Source: Breznakia blatticola
GTDB taxonomy: Bacteria > Bacillota_I > Bacilli_A > Erysipelotrichales > Erysipelotrichaceae
Assembly (NCBI RefSeq): GCF_004365815.1
Contig: NZ_SODD01000006.1
Coordinates: forward strand, 1 to 32,000
Length of the DNA stretch: 32,000 bases
Direction of reading: 5' to 3'
Below, piece after piece: positions 17,019 to 25,853 of the stretch (the first letter of the stretch is position 1; each line of letters begins with the position of its first letter). The notes under the pieces are model-generated. The model made no database searches. It was given only the letters and a program-made list of their open reading frames with translations, and was not told the DNA's origin. The translations under genes and the position numbers were made by a program.

Positions 17019-18290
17019 CTATATTGAATTTTCAATAATTCTAGATGTAACCCCTTTTAGATTGTAGCATTCTGCATAATCGCGAATTGGTCGTTTAATA
17101 TAATCGATAACATATCTATTTCCATCAATATTGTGTTCGTTTAAATTGTTGTACATTTTTTCAATTTCTTCTTTTACTTCTTCATCATTGAATGTATAGT
17201 GTCCAGCAATATCAAGAATTTCATTAGATAATACAGGGTCTGCTTGGATTTGATCAATCGTTAAATTCTTTTGATCTCCAACCATCCACTTACGCCAACG
17301 TTCGCTTTTTATTGCATGAATAAGTAACGTTTCTCTTGTATTTGATGCTTCTTTAATAAGCCCATACTCCATAAGTTTTTGTTCGACTGCAGCTAGATGT
17401 AAATATGCTCTAGTTTCTTGCGTACCATATTGAGGTGCAATATTTGTTGCAGTAATTTTTGAAGGAATATGCTCAAGTAGAGTCACATCATCAAGATAAT
17501 CACCATTATGCTCTTTTAAGCCAACATTATATTTTTTAGCCATTTGTGCTAAATCAAACGCATTTTTAAAATTAAACGTACCAATTTGTTCTGTTTTACG
17601 TGTCAATGTACCAGTTTGTCCAACAATAAATGTTGGCATTGGTAAACCACGAGCAACTAACTCTCTTTCCAATTTCTTAATAAATGTTTCATATGTCTCA
17701 GTTGAGGTTAACCCTCCGTTTGTCTCCTCAGTTCCTACCTCATATCCAATTTCTGGTAAATTATTTTCTTTTCTGACTTTTTCACAATATTCAATGAGTT
17801 CAACTGTGCGATCAATAACCACATCAAGTGGAATCACTTTTCCCATTTCGAATGGATCTTTTGTAGGATCAATCATCAATAAATCAAAACCTGATTTAAT
17901 ATCTTCTTCGTATGATTTTTTTCCAAGACTCATTGCTGTTTCTAAAGGTAAATGATCATTTCTTTCTTTATCTCGTTGCCATGGTCCTCCATGATCACGA
18001 CATAAGTAATATAAATTGTCATATTCAATTTCTTCTGCTACTTCTTTTACTGCATTGGCAAACGAATATTGATTCCACCCATTCACATATCCGCCACCTA
18101 ACTCATCTGCATCTACTTGATTTCTACTTGCAATAAACATCACTGGGTAGTCATCTTCTTTAGATAATTCTAGTGTTGCTTGAACGCAATTTTTTGACAT
18201 AGGTCCAATTCCTAAAAGTGTCGCACTTTCTCCATGTTGTTGAAGTTTTAACAGTCCTTCAACAACCTTTTTTATTGGCATTTTCTCCAT
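17019..18290 (-). CDS. GatZ/KbaZ-family protein (class II tagatose-bisphosphate aldolase accessory subunit / tagatose-6-P kinase-like family)
   Basis: N-terminus ...LLGIGPMSKNCVQATLELSKEDDYPVMFIASRNQVD...GYVNGW is typical of the family. The start is moved to the ATG at 18290 (GGAGGAG ribosome-binding site); the track extension overlaps the EIIC gene. Confidence 0.75.
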   Translation of the reverse strand: MEKMPIKKVVEGLLKLQQHGESATLLGIGPMSKNCVQATLELSKEDDYPVMFIASRNQVDADELGGGYVNGWNQYSFANAVKEVAEEIEYDNLYYLCRDHGGPWQRDKERNDHLPLETAMSLGKKSYEEDIKSGFDLLMIDPTKDPFEMGKVIPLDVVIDRTVELIEYCEKVRKENNLPEIGYEVGTEETNGGLTSTETYETFIKKLERELVARGLPMPTFIVGQTGTLTRKTEQIGTFNFKNAFDLAQMAKKYNVGLKEHNGDYLDDVTLLEHIPSKITATNIAPQYGTQETRAYLHLAAVEQKLMEYGLIKEASNTRETLLIHAIKSERWRKWMVGDQKNLTIDQIQADPVLSNEILDIAGHYTFNDEEVKEEIEKMYNNLNEHNIDGNRYVIDYIKRPIRDYAECYNLKGVTSRIIENSI

Positions 18291-18322
18291 ATTTTTTTCT
18301 CCTCCATTATTTACTCTGATCG

Positions 18323-19375
18323 TTATTTTACTTCTTCTATTTCCTCTACATTCGGTTTCGTAAAGTGTAGAATCGCAACAGATACTGCTACTCCAATTAA
18401 CATGGCTAACACATACCATAATTTACCATTTACTACTGGTAAGATAATTAATCCTCCGTGTGGTACAAGTGCTTCTACTGAGTTCATCATTCCTAGTGCA
18501 CCACCAACTGCACTACCAATAATAATCGCTGGAAGAACTCGTTTCATATCTTTAACTGCAAATGGAATCGCTCCTTCTGTAATTCCAATTAACCCCATAA
18601 AGAAAGCTGAAATTCCTAAATCTTTATCATCTTTTGTATATTTTTTTCGATCAATAAAAGTTGAGATTCCCATTGCTAATGGAGGTATTGCGACAGCAAT
18701 TCTATGTGCTCCATTTGGTGCATAGATTCCTTCAGCCATTAAGGCAAGTGTAAATGCTGTAGCCGTTTTGTTGATTGGCCCACCCATATCAACCGCTGTC
18801 ATCGCACCAATAATTGCACCAAGTAGTATTGCATTTCCTCCTTGCATATTACCAAGGACTTCAACAAGCCAGTCCATGAATACACCAATAGGAACTGCAA
18901 TAACATAAATATAAATTAATCCAAGTACTAATACTGTACAAATTGGAACAATTAAAATTGGCATAATTGTTTTGATTGTATTTGGTACCTTCCAAGTTTT
19001 ACACCAACGAACAAAGTATCCGACAGCAACACCAAGTATCATTGCACCCAAGAAACCCGTTTTTACTTGAGATTCTCCAATTGGGTTGTTTGCTACATAT
19101 CCAAGAATCATACCTGGTGCTATACCTGGTTTACCAGCAAGTGAATATACAATATATCCTGATAGTAATGGAATCATCATTGCAAATCCTGCTGCTCCTA
19201 AATCGTTTAAATTTTGCATAAATGGACTAGTTATTTTCATACCTTCATCCGTTGCTGTTCCTGTAGATAATGCTATTGCTAATAGTATCCCTCCCACAAC
19301 AACTGAAGGAAGCATATAAGACACACCAGTGTTAAATGCCTTCTGAATGTCTTTCCATATTTTATTGTTTTTCAT
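18323..19375 (-). CDS. PTS fructose-family EIIC permease
   Basis: Polytopic membrane protein of 350 aa. Position and composition are typical of Fru-family IIC, and it is flanked by IIB(Fru) and IIA(Fru/Mtl). Confidence 0.85.
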   Translation of the reverse strand: MKNNKIWKDIQKAFNTGVSYMLPSVVVGGILLAIALSTGTATDEGMKITSPFMQNLNDLGAAGFAMMIPLLSGYIVYSLAGKPGIAPGMILGYVANNPIGESQVKTGFLGAMILGVAVGYFVRWCKTWKVPNTIKTIMPILIVPICTVLVLGLIYIYVIAVPIGVFMDWLVEVLGNMQGGNAILLGAIIGAMTAVDMGGPINKTATAFTLALMAEGIYAPNGAHRIAVAIPPLAMGISTFIDRKKYTKDDKDLGISAFFMGLIGITEGAIPFAVKDMKRVLPAIIIGSAVGGALGMMNSVEALVPHGGLIILPVVNGKLWYVLAMLIGVAVSVAILHFTKPNVEEIEEVK

Positions 19376-19389
19376 AATTATATTCTCCT

Positions 19390-19704
19390 TTAAAGTTTTT
19401 CTGCTTCATCAATTAACTTCGCAACATTTTTAATTGCATCGCCTGGTTCAATATTAATTACTTTTCCTTGTTCTGCTTTTTCTTCAAAGCGCTCTTCACC
19501 ATCGATTCCAATCGCAACCGCTAAAATCACCACATCAGCTGCATCAATTGTTTCTTGTTCAAGTTCATTTTCCATTCCCATGCTGCCTTGCGTTTCAACT
19601 TGAATTTCATGATTTCTCTTTTTACATTCGACTTCTATCGCTTCCTGTGCCATATATGTGTGCGCTACTCCTGTAGGGCATGCTGTTACTGCTACTATTT
19701 TCAT
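19390..19704 (-). CDS. PTS fructose-family EIIB
   Basis: MKIVAVTACPTGVAHTYMAQEA carries the active-site Cys motif. The ATG at 19704 has an AGGAGG ribosome-binding site. Confidence 0.88.
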   Translation of the reverse strand: MKIVAVTACPTGVAHTYMAQEAIEVECKKRNHEIQVETQGSMGMENELEQETIDAADVVILAVAIGIDGEERFEEKAEQGKVINIEPGDAIKNVAKLIDEAEKL

Positions 19705-19717
19705 GTTATGTTTCCTC

Positions 19718-20185
19718 CTATAGTTCTTTATTAATTTCACTTAGCAATTTAAATGCTTCTTTTTTGGATGTCGCTTTAAGTAATGATTTTCTAAAATCAT
19801 TGTTTATTAATTTTCGACTTAATTGTGATATAAATTTCAAGTGTATATTTCCTTCATTTTTTGAAGGTACTCCAATCAAAAATATTAGTTGAACTGACTC
19901 TGCGTCATCTTCATTCCAGTAAAACGAATCTTTTACCTGAATAAATCCTATAAACGGTTTTTTTACAGTTTTTGCTTTTCCATGTGGTATTGCAACGTTG
20001 AATCCAACTGCTGTTGATGCTTCTTCTTCTCGTTTATAAACTGCTTCTAAAAACTCTTTACTGTCAGAAATTAATCCAACCTTTAGCGCTTGATTAACTA
20101 GTGTATCTAACGCTTCACTTTTTCTTGTCAAAGATGTGTTAATAAATATCATATCTTCACAGATCGGTTGAACATCTTGTAGCAT
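19718..20185 (-). CDS. PTS EIIA (fructose/mannitol family)
   Basis: AIPHG active-site His region. The ATG at 20185 is preceded by GGGGGA; the alternative start at 20215 cannot be excluded. Confidence 0.85.
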   Translation of the reverse strand: MLQDVQPICEDMIFINTSLTRKSEALDTLVNQALKVGLISDSKEFLEAVYKREEEASTAVGFNVAIPHGKAKTVKKPFIGFIQVKDSFYWNEDDAESVQLIFLIGVPSKNEGNIHLKFISQLSRKLINNDFRKSLLKATSKKEAFKLLSEINKEL

Positions 20186-20290
20186 GTACTCATCCCCCCA
20201 TTTCTTTCTTATCAATGTCGACCTTGATATTAGATAGTGTTTCCTATCTACACCTTAATCATAAATGAGTATCAAAAATAAAAAAGATGA

Positions 20291-20332
20291 AAAGATTGTA
20301 ATGTATTTTTACAAATCTTTCACCCAATTATA
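20291..20332 (-). promoter_or_regulatory. Candidate -10 box (TATAAT, 20327-20332) followed directly by a weak hairpin and a T-rich tract in the PTS operon leader
   Basis: On the minus strand: TATAAT tgggtg AAAGATTTGTA aaaatacat TACAATCTTT tcatcTTTTTTATTTTT. Confidence 0.3.
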
Positions 20333-20401
20333 GTAATAGACATTTTGATGTAACATAACAAAGAACTTCTCTTGCATTTCATTGCATTTTGAACTATTAT
20401 C

Positions 20402-20423
20402 TATTTAGATATTTATCTAAATA
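20402..20423. promoter_or_regulatory. Perfect palindrome, candidate operator of the ArsR/SdpR-like repressor
   Basis: TATTTAGATA tt TATCTAAATA has 10-bp arms and ends 14 nt before the sdpR-like ATG. Confidence 0.5.
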
Positions 20424-20437
20424 AAGAAAGGATACTT

Positions 20438-20710
20438 ATGGGATTTCACGAAACATTTAAAGCATTATCTGATCCAATTCGCCGTGATATACTCACCTAT
20501 CTAAAGAATGGTGAAGTTTCAGTTGGGGAGATCTCTGATCAGTTCAATGTTTCCAAGGCTACAATATCACATCACCTTTCCATTCTAAAGAAAGCAGATT
20601 TGGTATATGAGCATAAAGAAAAAAACTTTATCTATTATGGTTTAAATACATCTGTATTTGAAGAGTTATCCTTATGGGTAACCCAATTTATGAAAGGACA
20701 AGACAAATGA
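20438..20710 (+). CDS. ArsR-family transcriptional repressor, SdpR-like
   Basis: FKALSDPIRRDILTYL...ISDQFNVSKATISHHLSILKKADLV is a winged-HTH ArsR core. The gene is coupled by an ATGA overlap to an SdpI-like gene. Confidence 0.88.
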   Translation: MGFHETFKALSDPIRRDILTYLKNGEVSVGEISDQFNVSKATISHHLSILKKADLVYEHKEKNFIYYGLNTSVFEELSLWVTQFMKGQDK

Positions 20711-21375
20711 AAACCTTTAATAAAAAGTCATGCATTATTAGCTTACTATTATATGTAATTCCACTAACGATTATATTATTCACATACAATAACCTACCAG
20801 CTAGTATTCCTAGACACTGGGATGTAAATGGTGAGGTAGATGGTTGGATGGATAAATCTTTTATCTATATTGAAGTGTTTGGTATGCTTGCTTTCCATTT
20901 AGTTTTATTGTTTATACAACGAATTTTACCTGATAAACATGGAACAAAAAATAGCAAACTTGCAAATCTTATGTTCTATTACTTTATGCCAGTACTAACA
21001 ACCATTATTGTTGGTGCTAGTATTTTAAGTATTTACTCAAAACCACAAATCATTTCAACTATAGTATTTATTTTTATTGGCTTACTATTTATGGTGATTG
21101 GAAACTACTTACCTAAAATAAGACATAATTACTGGTTAGGTATTAAACTTCCTTGGACACTTGCCTCACCAATAAATTGGGAGAAAACGCATCGGTTTGC
21201 AGGACCTATTTGGGTAATCTCAGGACTATTCATTGTCATCCTAGGAATTATCTCAATCTTCCTTGATTCAGATGTATCGGTGTTTATTATCATCATGTTG
21301 ATTATTATTTTTGCAGATGTATTAATACCTTCTATCTATTCGTACAAACAATACAAAATCGAATCAAACAATTAA
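20707..21375 (+). CDS. SdpI/YhfL-family membrane protein (DUF1648-type N-terminus)
   Basis: LPASIPRHWDVNGEVDGW, then several transmembrane segments and NYWLGIKLPWTL. The start is set at the ATG overlapping the sdpR stop. Confidence 0.8.
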   Translation: MKTFNKKSCIISLLLYVIPLTIILFTYNNLPASIPRHWDVNGEVDGWMDKSFIYIEVFGMLAFHLVLLFIQRILPDKHGTKNSKLANLMFYYFMPVLTTIIVGASILSIYSKPQIISTIVFIFIGLLFMVIGNYLPKIRHNYWLGIKLPWTLASPINWEKTHRFAGPIWVISGLFIVILGIISIFLDSDVSVFIIIMLIIIFADVLIPSIYSYKQYKIESNN

Positions 21376-21395
21376 CGCCACATGGCGTTTTTTTG
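21374..21395 (+). terminator. Rho-independent terminator after the sdpI-like gene
   Basis: AACGCC acat GGCGTT followed by TTTTTTG. Confidence 0.7.
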
Positions 21396-21453
21396 TGCCA
21401 GGGTACTTGTTACAATATGTATATAGAAACAACAACGAAAGGAGTTATTGCAT

Positions 21454-21552
21454 ATGAAATTAATCAAAATCATTCTTTGGCTTTGCTTTCTTCCAATCGC
21501 ACTAGTTCTTGCATTCCTAAGTGGTTTTCAAAGTGCTGCAGGCAAACGATAA
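21454..21552 (+). CDS. Candidate small hydrophobic peptide, 32 aa
   Basis: My own translation: MKLIKIILWLCFLPIALVLAFLSGFQSAAGKR. AAGGAG lies 9 nt upstream, and a terminator hairpin follows. This ORF is absent from the supplied track, which shows a different frame. Confidence 0.35.
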   Translation: MKLIKIILWLCFLPIALVLAFLSGFQSAAGKR

Positions 21553-21572
21553 TTAAACCCTTTATAGTAAAA

Positions 21573-21613
21573 AAAGTCATTATCTCACTTCAAAATGAAG
21601 GAATAATGACTTT
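21573..21613. terminator. Bidirectional terminator hairpin
   Basis: AAAGTCATTAT, a 19-nt loop, ATAATGACTTT, with T-runs on both strands. Confidence 0.7.
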
Positions 21614-21619
21614 TACTAT

Positions 21620-22993
21620 TTAAGCAGTTGTTTTCTTACCAAAGAAATATGTCGCAACAAATGATATAACTAATGCGATAACCATAACTGCAACCGCAAT
21701 AATTAAATTTCCATTTGTTCCATCTGGATTTATGTATGCAGGAATCGAAATGAAACCTGGTGTAGAGATAACGTATTGTGTCATTCCTAGTAATCCAGCA
21801 AGTAATCCCCCGATACCTCCACCAATCATAGCTCCAATTAGTGGATAACGATTAGGAAATAATACACCATATACACCTGGTTCAGTAATACCACATAATG
21901 CAGTTACACCAGCAGAGATTGATACTGACTTATCTTCAGCATTTTTAGCAAGTAACGCTGCTGCTAGACACGCTCCACCGACTGCAACATTTGCTGGTGC
22001 CATCCCTGTACAAATCAATGGATCACTACCTACTTGTGCAAGTAATGCAAATATAACTGGATATGTACCGTTATTCATTCCGAAGAACACTAATAGAGGT
22101 GTAGTAATTCCTATAATCATTACCGCGATTGCTGGTACTACATCATAAATTGCAAATACTCCATCGGCTAACCATGTTCCTACTGTGTTTCCGATAGGCC
22201 CTAATACAATTAATGTTACTGGTACTGTAACTAATATTGTAAGTAAAGGTACAAATATTGTTCGTAAGTAAACTGGTGTATATTTTTGTAATAATCGATA
22301 TACAACAGACATAAATAATACACCAAGAATTACTGGGAATACCGTTGAGTTATAAGCAATTTGTGCAACATTAATACCAATGAAGTCTAAACCTTCCGCA
22401 TTATTAATTGTTGAATAAAGTAGAATTGCTCCTAAAAACGCTCCAAGGTATCCATTTGTTTTTAAGCGTGATGCAGCAGAGAGTCCAATGAATACAGGCA
22501 AGAAGTAAAATGCTGCCTGATTAATTGCATAAATAATCGTGTAAGTTCCTGATTCTGTACTTACCCCAAAGAAATTAGTTAAAAGTGTTAATACTGCTCC
22601 TGTTAATCCTCCTGCAACTAAAACTGGAATTAATGGAGAGAATGTTCCACCTATAAATGATAAAACACCATTTAGAACATTCCCTCTTTCCATTCCATCT
22701 GCTTTGGCAGCATCTGCATCTTCAATGGATCCACCAACTTTGATTCCATCTACTTTTTGAAATTCTGCGTATAAATTAGCAACATCTTGTCCAATTACAA
22801 TTTGATGCTCACCATTTTGAATAATTACATTTAATACACCTGGAATACTTTTAATTTTCTCAATATCAACTTTATCTGTGTTATTTATTTGTAGACGTAG
22901 GCGTGTCATACAGTGACTAACAGTAGCGATATTTTCAACTCCACCACTATATTCGATAATCGAGTCTCTGATATTTTTAAAATCTTTGCTCAT
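21620..22993 (-). CDS. PTS EIIBC component, glucose/sucrose/beta-glucoside superfamily
   Basis: N-terminal EIIB with VSHCMTRLRL (CxTRLR phosphocysteine motif), followed by a polytopic EIIC. Confidence 0.88.
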   Translation of the reverse strand: MSKDFKNIRDSIIEYSGGVENIATVSHCMTRLRLQINNTDKVDIEKIKSIPGVLNVIIQNGEHQIVIGQDVANLYAEFQKVDGIKVGGSIEDADAAKADGMERGNVLNGVLSFIGGTFSPLIPVLVAGGLTGAVLTLLTNFFGVSTESGTYTIIYAINQAAFYFLPVFIGLSAASRLKTNGYLGAFLGAILLYSTINNAEGLDFIGINVAQIAYNSTVFPVILGVLFMSVVYRLLQKYTPVYLRTIFVPLLTILVTVPVTLIVLGPIGNTVGTWLADGVFAIYDVVPAIAVMIIGITTPLLVFFGMNNGTYPVIFALLAQVGSDPLICTGMAPANVAVGGACLAAALLAKNAEDKSVSISAGVTALCGITEPGVYGVLFPNRYPLIGAMIGGGIGGLLAGLLGMTQYVISTPGFISIPAYINPDGTNGNLIIAVAVMVIALVISFVATYFFGKKTTA

Positions 22994-23113
22994 TTTATAT
23001 TTCTCCTTTTAAGTAAATTAAATTACGTTGTTATACATGTAACTCTTATTTCGTGACAATTTGCGCAAACTATCACATGGCAACACTTTTGAAACCGCTA
23101 CCATTGTGACTTC

Positions 23114-23122
23114 ATTATAACA
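23114..23122 (-). promoter_or_regulatory. Extended -10 promoter element for the EIIBC gene
   Basis: TGTTATAAT on the minus strand. Confidence 0.4.
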
Positions 23123-23293
23123 AAGACAATTTTAGATAAGGGGGCAAAAAGTTGCCCCAAACCTAAAGAATATAAAATTTGGATTCATCTTTCCCTACTT
23201 TCCTTATTTTCTATCCTTATATAAAGTGAAATTGGATATTTTTTGACTCATCTTTTCTGGGACAAATTTACGCCCCCTTACATTTTTTTGGAT

Positions 23294-23302
23294 TGCTATA
23301 AT
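23294..23302 (+). promoter_or_regulatory. Extended -10 promoter element for the GH1 gene
   Basis: TGCTATAAT, about 80 nt upstream of the ATG. Confidence 0.4.
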
Positions 23303-23380
23303 CGAAATGTAATGGTGGTTCACGAAATAACCATTACTTCAATTTGCGCAGACACAGTAAAAGAAAGAAGAGGAAAAAAT

Positions 23381-24856
23381 ATGCATTATAACCATGACCC
23401 TAAATTTCCAGAAGGGTTTTTCTGGGGAGCGAGTAGTGCTGCTTGGCAAGCTGAAGGTGCCACAAAAGCAGATGGTCGTACTCCAGCAATTATTGATTTA
23501 AATTCACAGAAAAAAAAGCCATTTGCTGACAACTCAATTGCAGCAGATCACTACAATCACTATAAAGAAGATGTTGCCTTAATGGCAGAATGCGGATTTA
23601 CATCATATCGTTTTTCACTAGCTTGGCCTAGAATCATCCCACATAGTGATAGAAAAGTAAATCAAGCTGGTATTGATTTTTATAACAATCTTATTGATGA
23701 GCTATTGCAATATAACATTACACCTATTGTTACACTTTACCATTACGATATGCCTGTTTGGGTTGAAGAAAAATGTAACGGTTGGTTAGATAGAAGTATT
23801 GTTGATGAATTTGAATACTACAGTAAAGTATGTTTCGAGCACTTCGGTGATAGAGTAAAATACTGGCTAGCAATCAATGAACAAAATATGCAAATTTGCT
23901 ATGGTGATTGGCTGGGAGTATCAAAAGGATGTGATGATTGGTTTAAGCAAAAATGGATTATCAATCATAATATGAACTTATGTTCAGCAAAAGCTGTAAT
24001 TGCATGCCATGAAATGGTTGAAGGCGGAAAAATTGGTCCTGTTCCTGGGATGGTTCCGATTTACCCTGAAACTTGTAAACCAATGGATCAAATTGGTGCA
24101 ATGAATGCAGAAGAATTTACAGAAAAACTGTGGAATGATACAAACGTCTATGGAAAATACAGTAACTTCTTAAAGAATTACTGGAAAAACCATGACATTG
24201 ATCCAGGAATCCAACCTGGTGATGAAGAACTTATGGCTAAAGCAAAAGTAGATTTTATTGGAGTTAACTGTTATCGCAGTAATACAGGAAAATATGCACC
24301 TGCAAATGCAAAAACACAAGACTACCTGTTAAATAAAGATGGAGTGAAAGGAAATTTAACTTTTCCTGTAGTTCCAGGTGAATATGCACTAACCAGTAAC
24401 CCTTATGTAGAAACAAATGATTGGGATTGGGAAATTGATCCAGTTTCATTACGCTATACATTACGTTATCTATGGGATCACTATCATTTACCAATGATTA
24501 TTACAGAAAATGGATTTGGAATGCATGAAAGTAAAGATGCAGATGGACAAGTTCATGATCCTGAACGAATTGACTTTTTACGAGAAAACATTTATCAAGT
24601 TGGTTTAGCAATTGAAGATGGATGTGAGGTGTTGGGATATAACCCATGGTCATTTACTGACATCCTTTCTACAGGAAATGGTATGGCAAAACGCTATGGT
24701 TTAGTATACATAGATGCAACCGATGAAGAACTAGTAAATGCAAAAGATTCTTCAGAACTTGCTATGAACAGAATCAAAAAAGATTCATTCTATTGGTATT
24801 CAAAACTAATCAAATCCAATGGACGTGATTGGGGTAAGGATATGCATCAAGAATAA
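23381..24856 (+). CDS. Glycoside hydrolase family 1, 6-phospho-beta-glucosidase-like
   Basis: FPEGFFWGASSAAWQAEGA, YRFSLAWPRI, INEQN (acid/base Glu) and ITENG (nucleophile Glu). The start is moved to the ATG at 23381 (GAGGA ribosome-binding site); the track's TTG-initiated 46 codons are leader sequence. Confidence 0.92.
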   Translation: MHYNHDPKFPEGFFWGASSAAWQAEGATKADGRTPAIIDLNSQKKKPFADNSIAADHYNHYKEDVALMAECGFTSYRFSLAWPRIIPHSDRKVNQAGIDFYNNLIDELLQYNITPIVTLYHYDMPVWVEEKCNGWLDRSIVDEFEYYSKVCFEHFGDRVKYWLAINEQNMQICYGDWLGVSKGCDDWFKQKWIINHNMNLCSAKAVIACHEMVEGGKIGPVPGMVPIYPETCKPMDQIGAMNAEEFTEKLWNDTNVYGKYSNFLKNYWKNHDIDPGIQPGDEELMAKAKVDFIGVNCYRSNTGKYAPANAKTQDYLLNKDGVKGNLTFPVVPGEYALTSNPYVETNDWDWEIDPVSLRYTLRYLWDHYHLPMIITENGFGMHESKDADGQVHDPERIDFLRENIYQVGLAIEDGCEVLGYNPWSFTDILSTGNGMAKRYGLVYIDATDEELVNAKDSSELAMNRIKKDSFYWYSKLIKSNGRDWGKDMHQE

Positions 24857-24862
24857 AACAAC

Positions 24863-24886
24863 AAAAGGTGTCGCAAGATACCTTTT
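24863..24886. terminator. Terminator hairpin between convergent genes
   Basis: AAAAGGT gtcgcaagat ACCTTTT. Confidence 0.6.
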
Positions 24887-25685
24887 ATAGTTTTGTTCCA
24901 TATTTTGTGTAATACGCATGATATAACATATCAAAGAAATAATTAAGCCCATACTTCCCTGCTATACTCTTTTCATTTGAATGATCATAATCGCTTAAAA
25001 ATAAAACTTCATGATACGTATTGGAGAATTCCTTTTCTCTTGCAGTGGTTATCAGTGTCTTATGTGCTTTCACATTAACAATCAAATCTTTTAACTCTTT
25101 GGCAAATTGTCCAGATGTTGAAACTACCATAAGATAGTCATTCTCACTTAATTCAAGTAAGCTTTGTTCATCGATATTTGTATCAGACATCACATTTACA
25201 ATCTTACCACTAAGTACTAACGGTCTTTGAAATTCCAACAACACCATATTGCTAGAATATGAAGAAAGTAACACAACATGATTGCTATTGTGTATATAAG
25301 AAACTATCTTTTCATAATCTGCTTCATGAATATTATGATCAACCTCTGCAGGCATCGTTAATAACTCATTTTGTGTCCATTTAGCATAATCTGTAAGACT
25401 TTCATGACCTTTTTGCAAACCAATAAAATATGAAAATTCGTGACTCATTGACTTAAACTCATTCTTTAAATCTTTGAAATTCTCATAACCAATGTATTTA
25501 CAAAATCTTCTCACCGAACTTCTTGAAACGAAACAATCATCTGCAACTGTGTAAATATTTGCATCTCTTAATTCTAAATAATGTTCTAAGAAATATTTCG
25601 CTAAAATATAGTTTGTATCATCTTTATCTTGCTCATTGATAACTTGAAGAAGTTTATTGATTAAGCTCAACTTGTATATACTCAT
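24885..25685 (-). CDS. MurR/RpiR-family transcriptional regulator (HTH_6 + SIS)
   Basis: N-terminal ...ANIYTVADDCFVSRSSVRRFCKYIGYENFKDLK HTH, then a SIS-like C-terminal half. The ATG at 25685 has GGAGG 5 nt upstream. Confidence 0.85.
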   Translation of the reverse strand: MSIYKLSLINKLLQVINEQDKDDTNYILAKYFLEHYLELRDANIYTVADDCFVSRSSVRRFCKYIGYENFKDLKNEFKSMSHEFSYFIGLQKGHESLTDYAKWTQNELLTMPAEVDHNIHEADYEKIVSYIHNSNHVVLLSSYSSNMVLLEFQRPLVLSGKIVNVMSDTNIDEQSLLELSENDYLMVVSTSGQFAKELKDLIVNVKAHKTLITTAREKEFSNTYHEVLFLSDYDHSNEKSIAGKYGLNYFFDMLYHAYYTKYGTKL

Positions 25686-25794
25686 AGACACCTCCACAAC
25701 TGTGATAAAAATATAGTAACATGAGATTAACCTAAAAAATAGTACATTATAGTAGTCAATTACTATATATTAATACATTTCAAACAAATGTTAA

Positions 25795-25833
25795 TGAAAA
25801 AAACAGAGGTGGATTTTTGATATTTCCACCTCT
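25795..25833 (-). terminator. Rho-independent terminator after the IID gene
   Basis: On the minus strand: AGAGGTGGA, an 11-nt loop, TCCACCTCT, followed by GTTTTTTT. Confidence 0.75.
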
Positions 25834-25853
25834 ATTTCAAATGCATTTCTTGT

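Noticed and set aside
21393-21623. 76-aa plus-strand ORF in the sdpI/EIIBC intergenic region.
   Set aside because: It starts with a non-ATG codon inside the sdpI terminator T-tract, has no SD, and reads through a terminator hairpin. A different frame holds a better small ORF (21454-21552) with a strong SD.
23243-23380. N-terminal extensions in the ORF track: GH1 from 23243, rex from 28884, GatZ-like from 18419, PRD regulator from 17013, EIIB from 19740, sdpI from 20674 and the GHKL ATPase from 7207.
   Set aside because: In each case an internal ATG with a good GGAGG-type SD coincides with the conserved family N-terminus. The extension covers promoter, leader or upstream-gene sequence.
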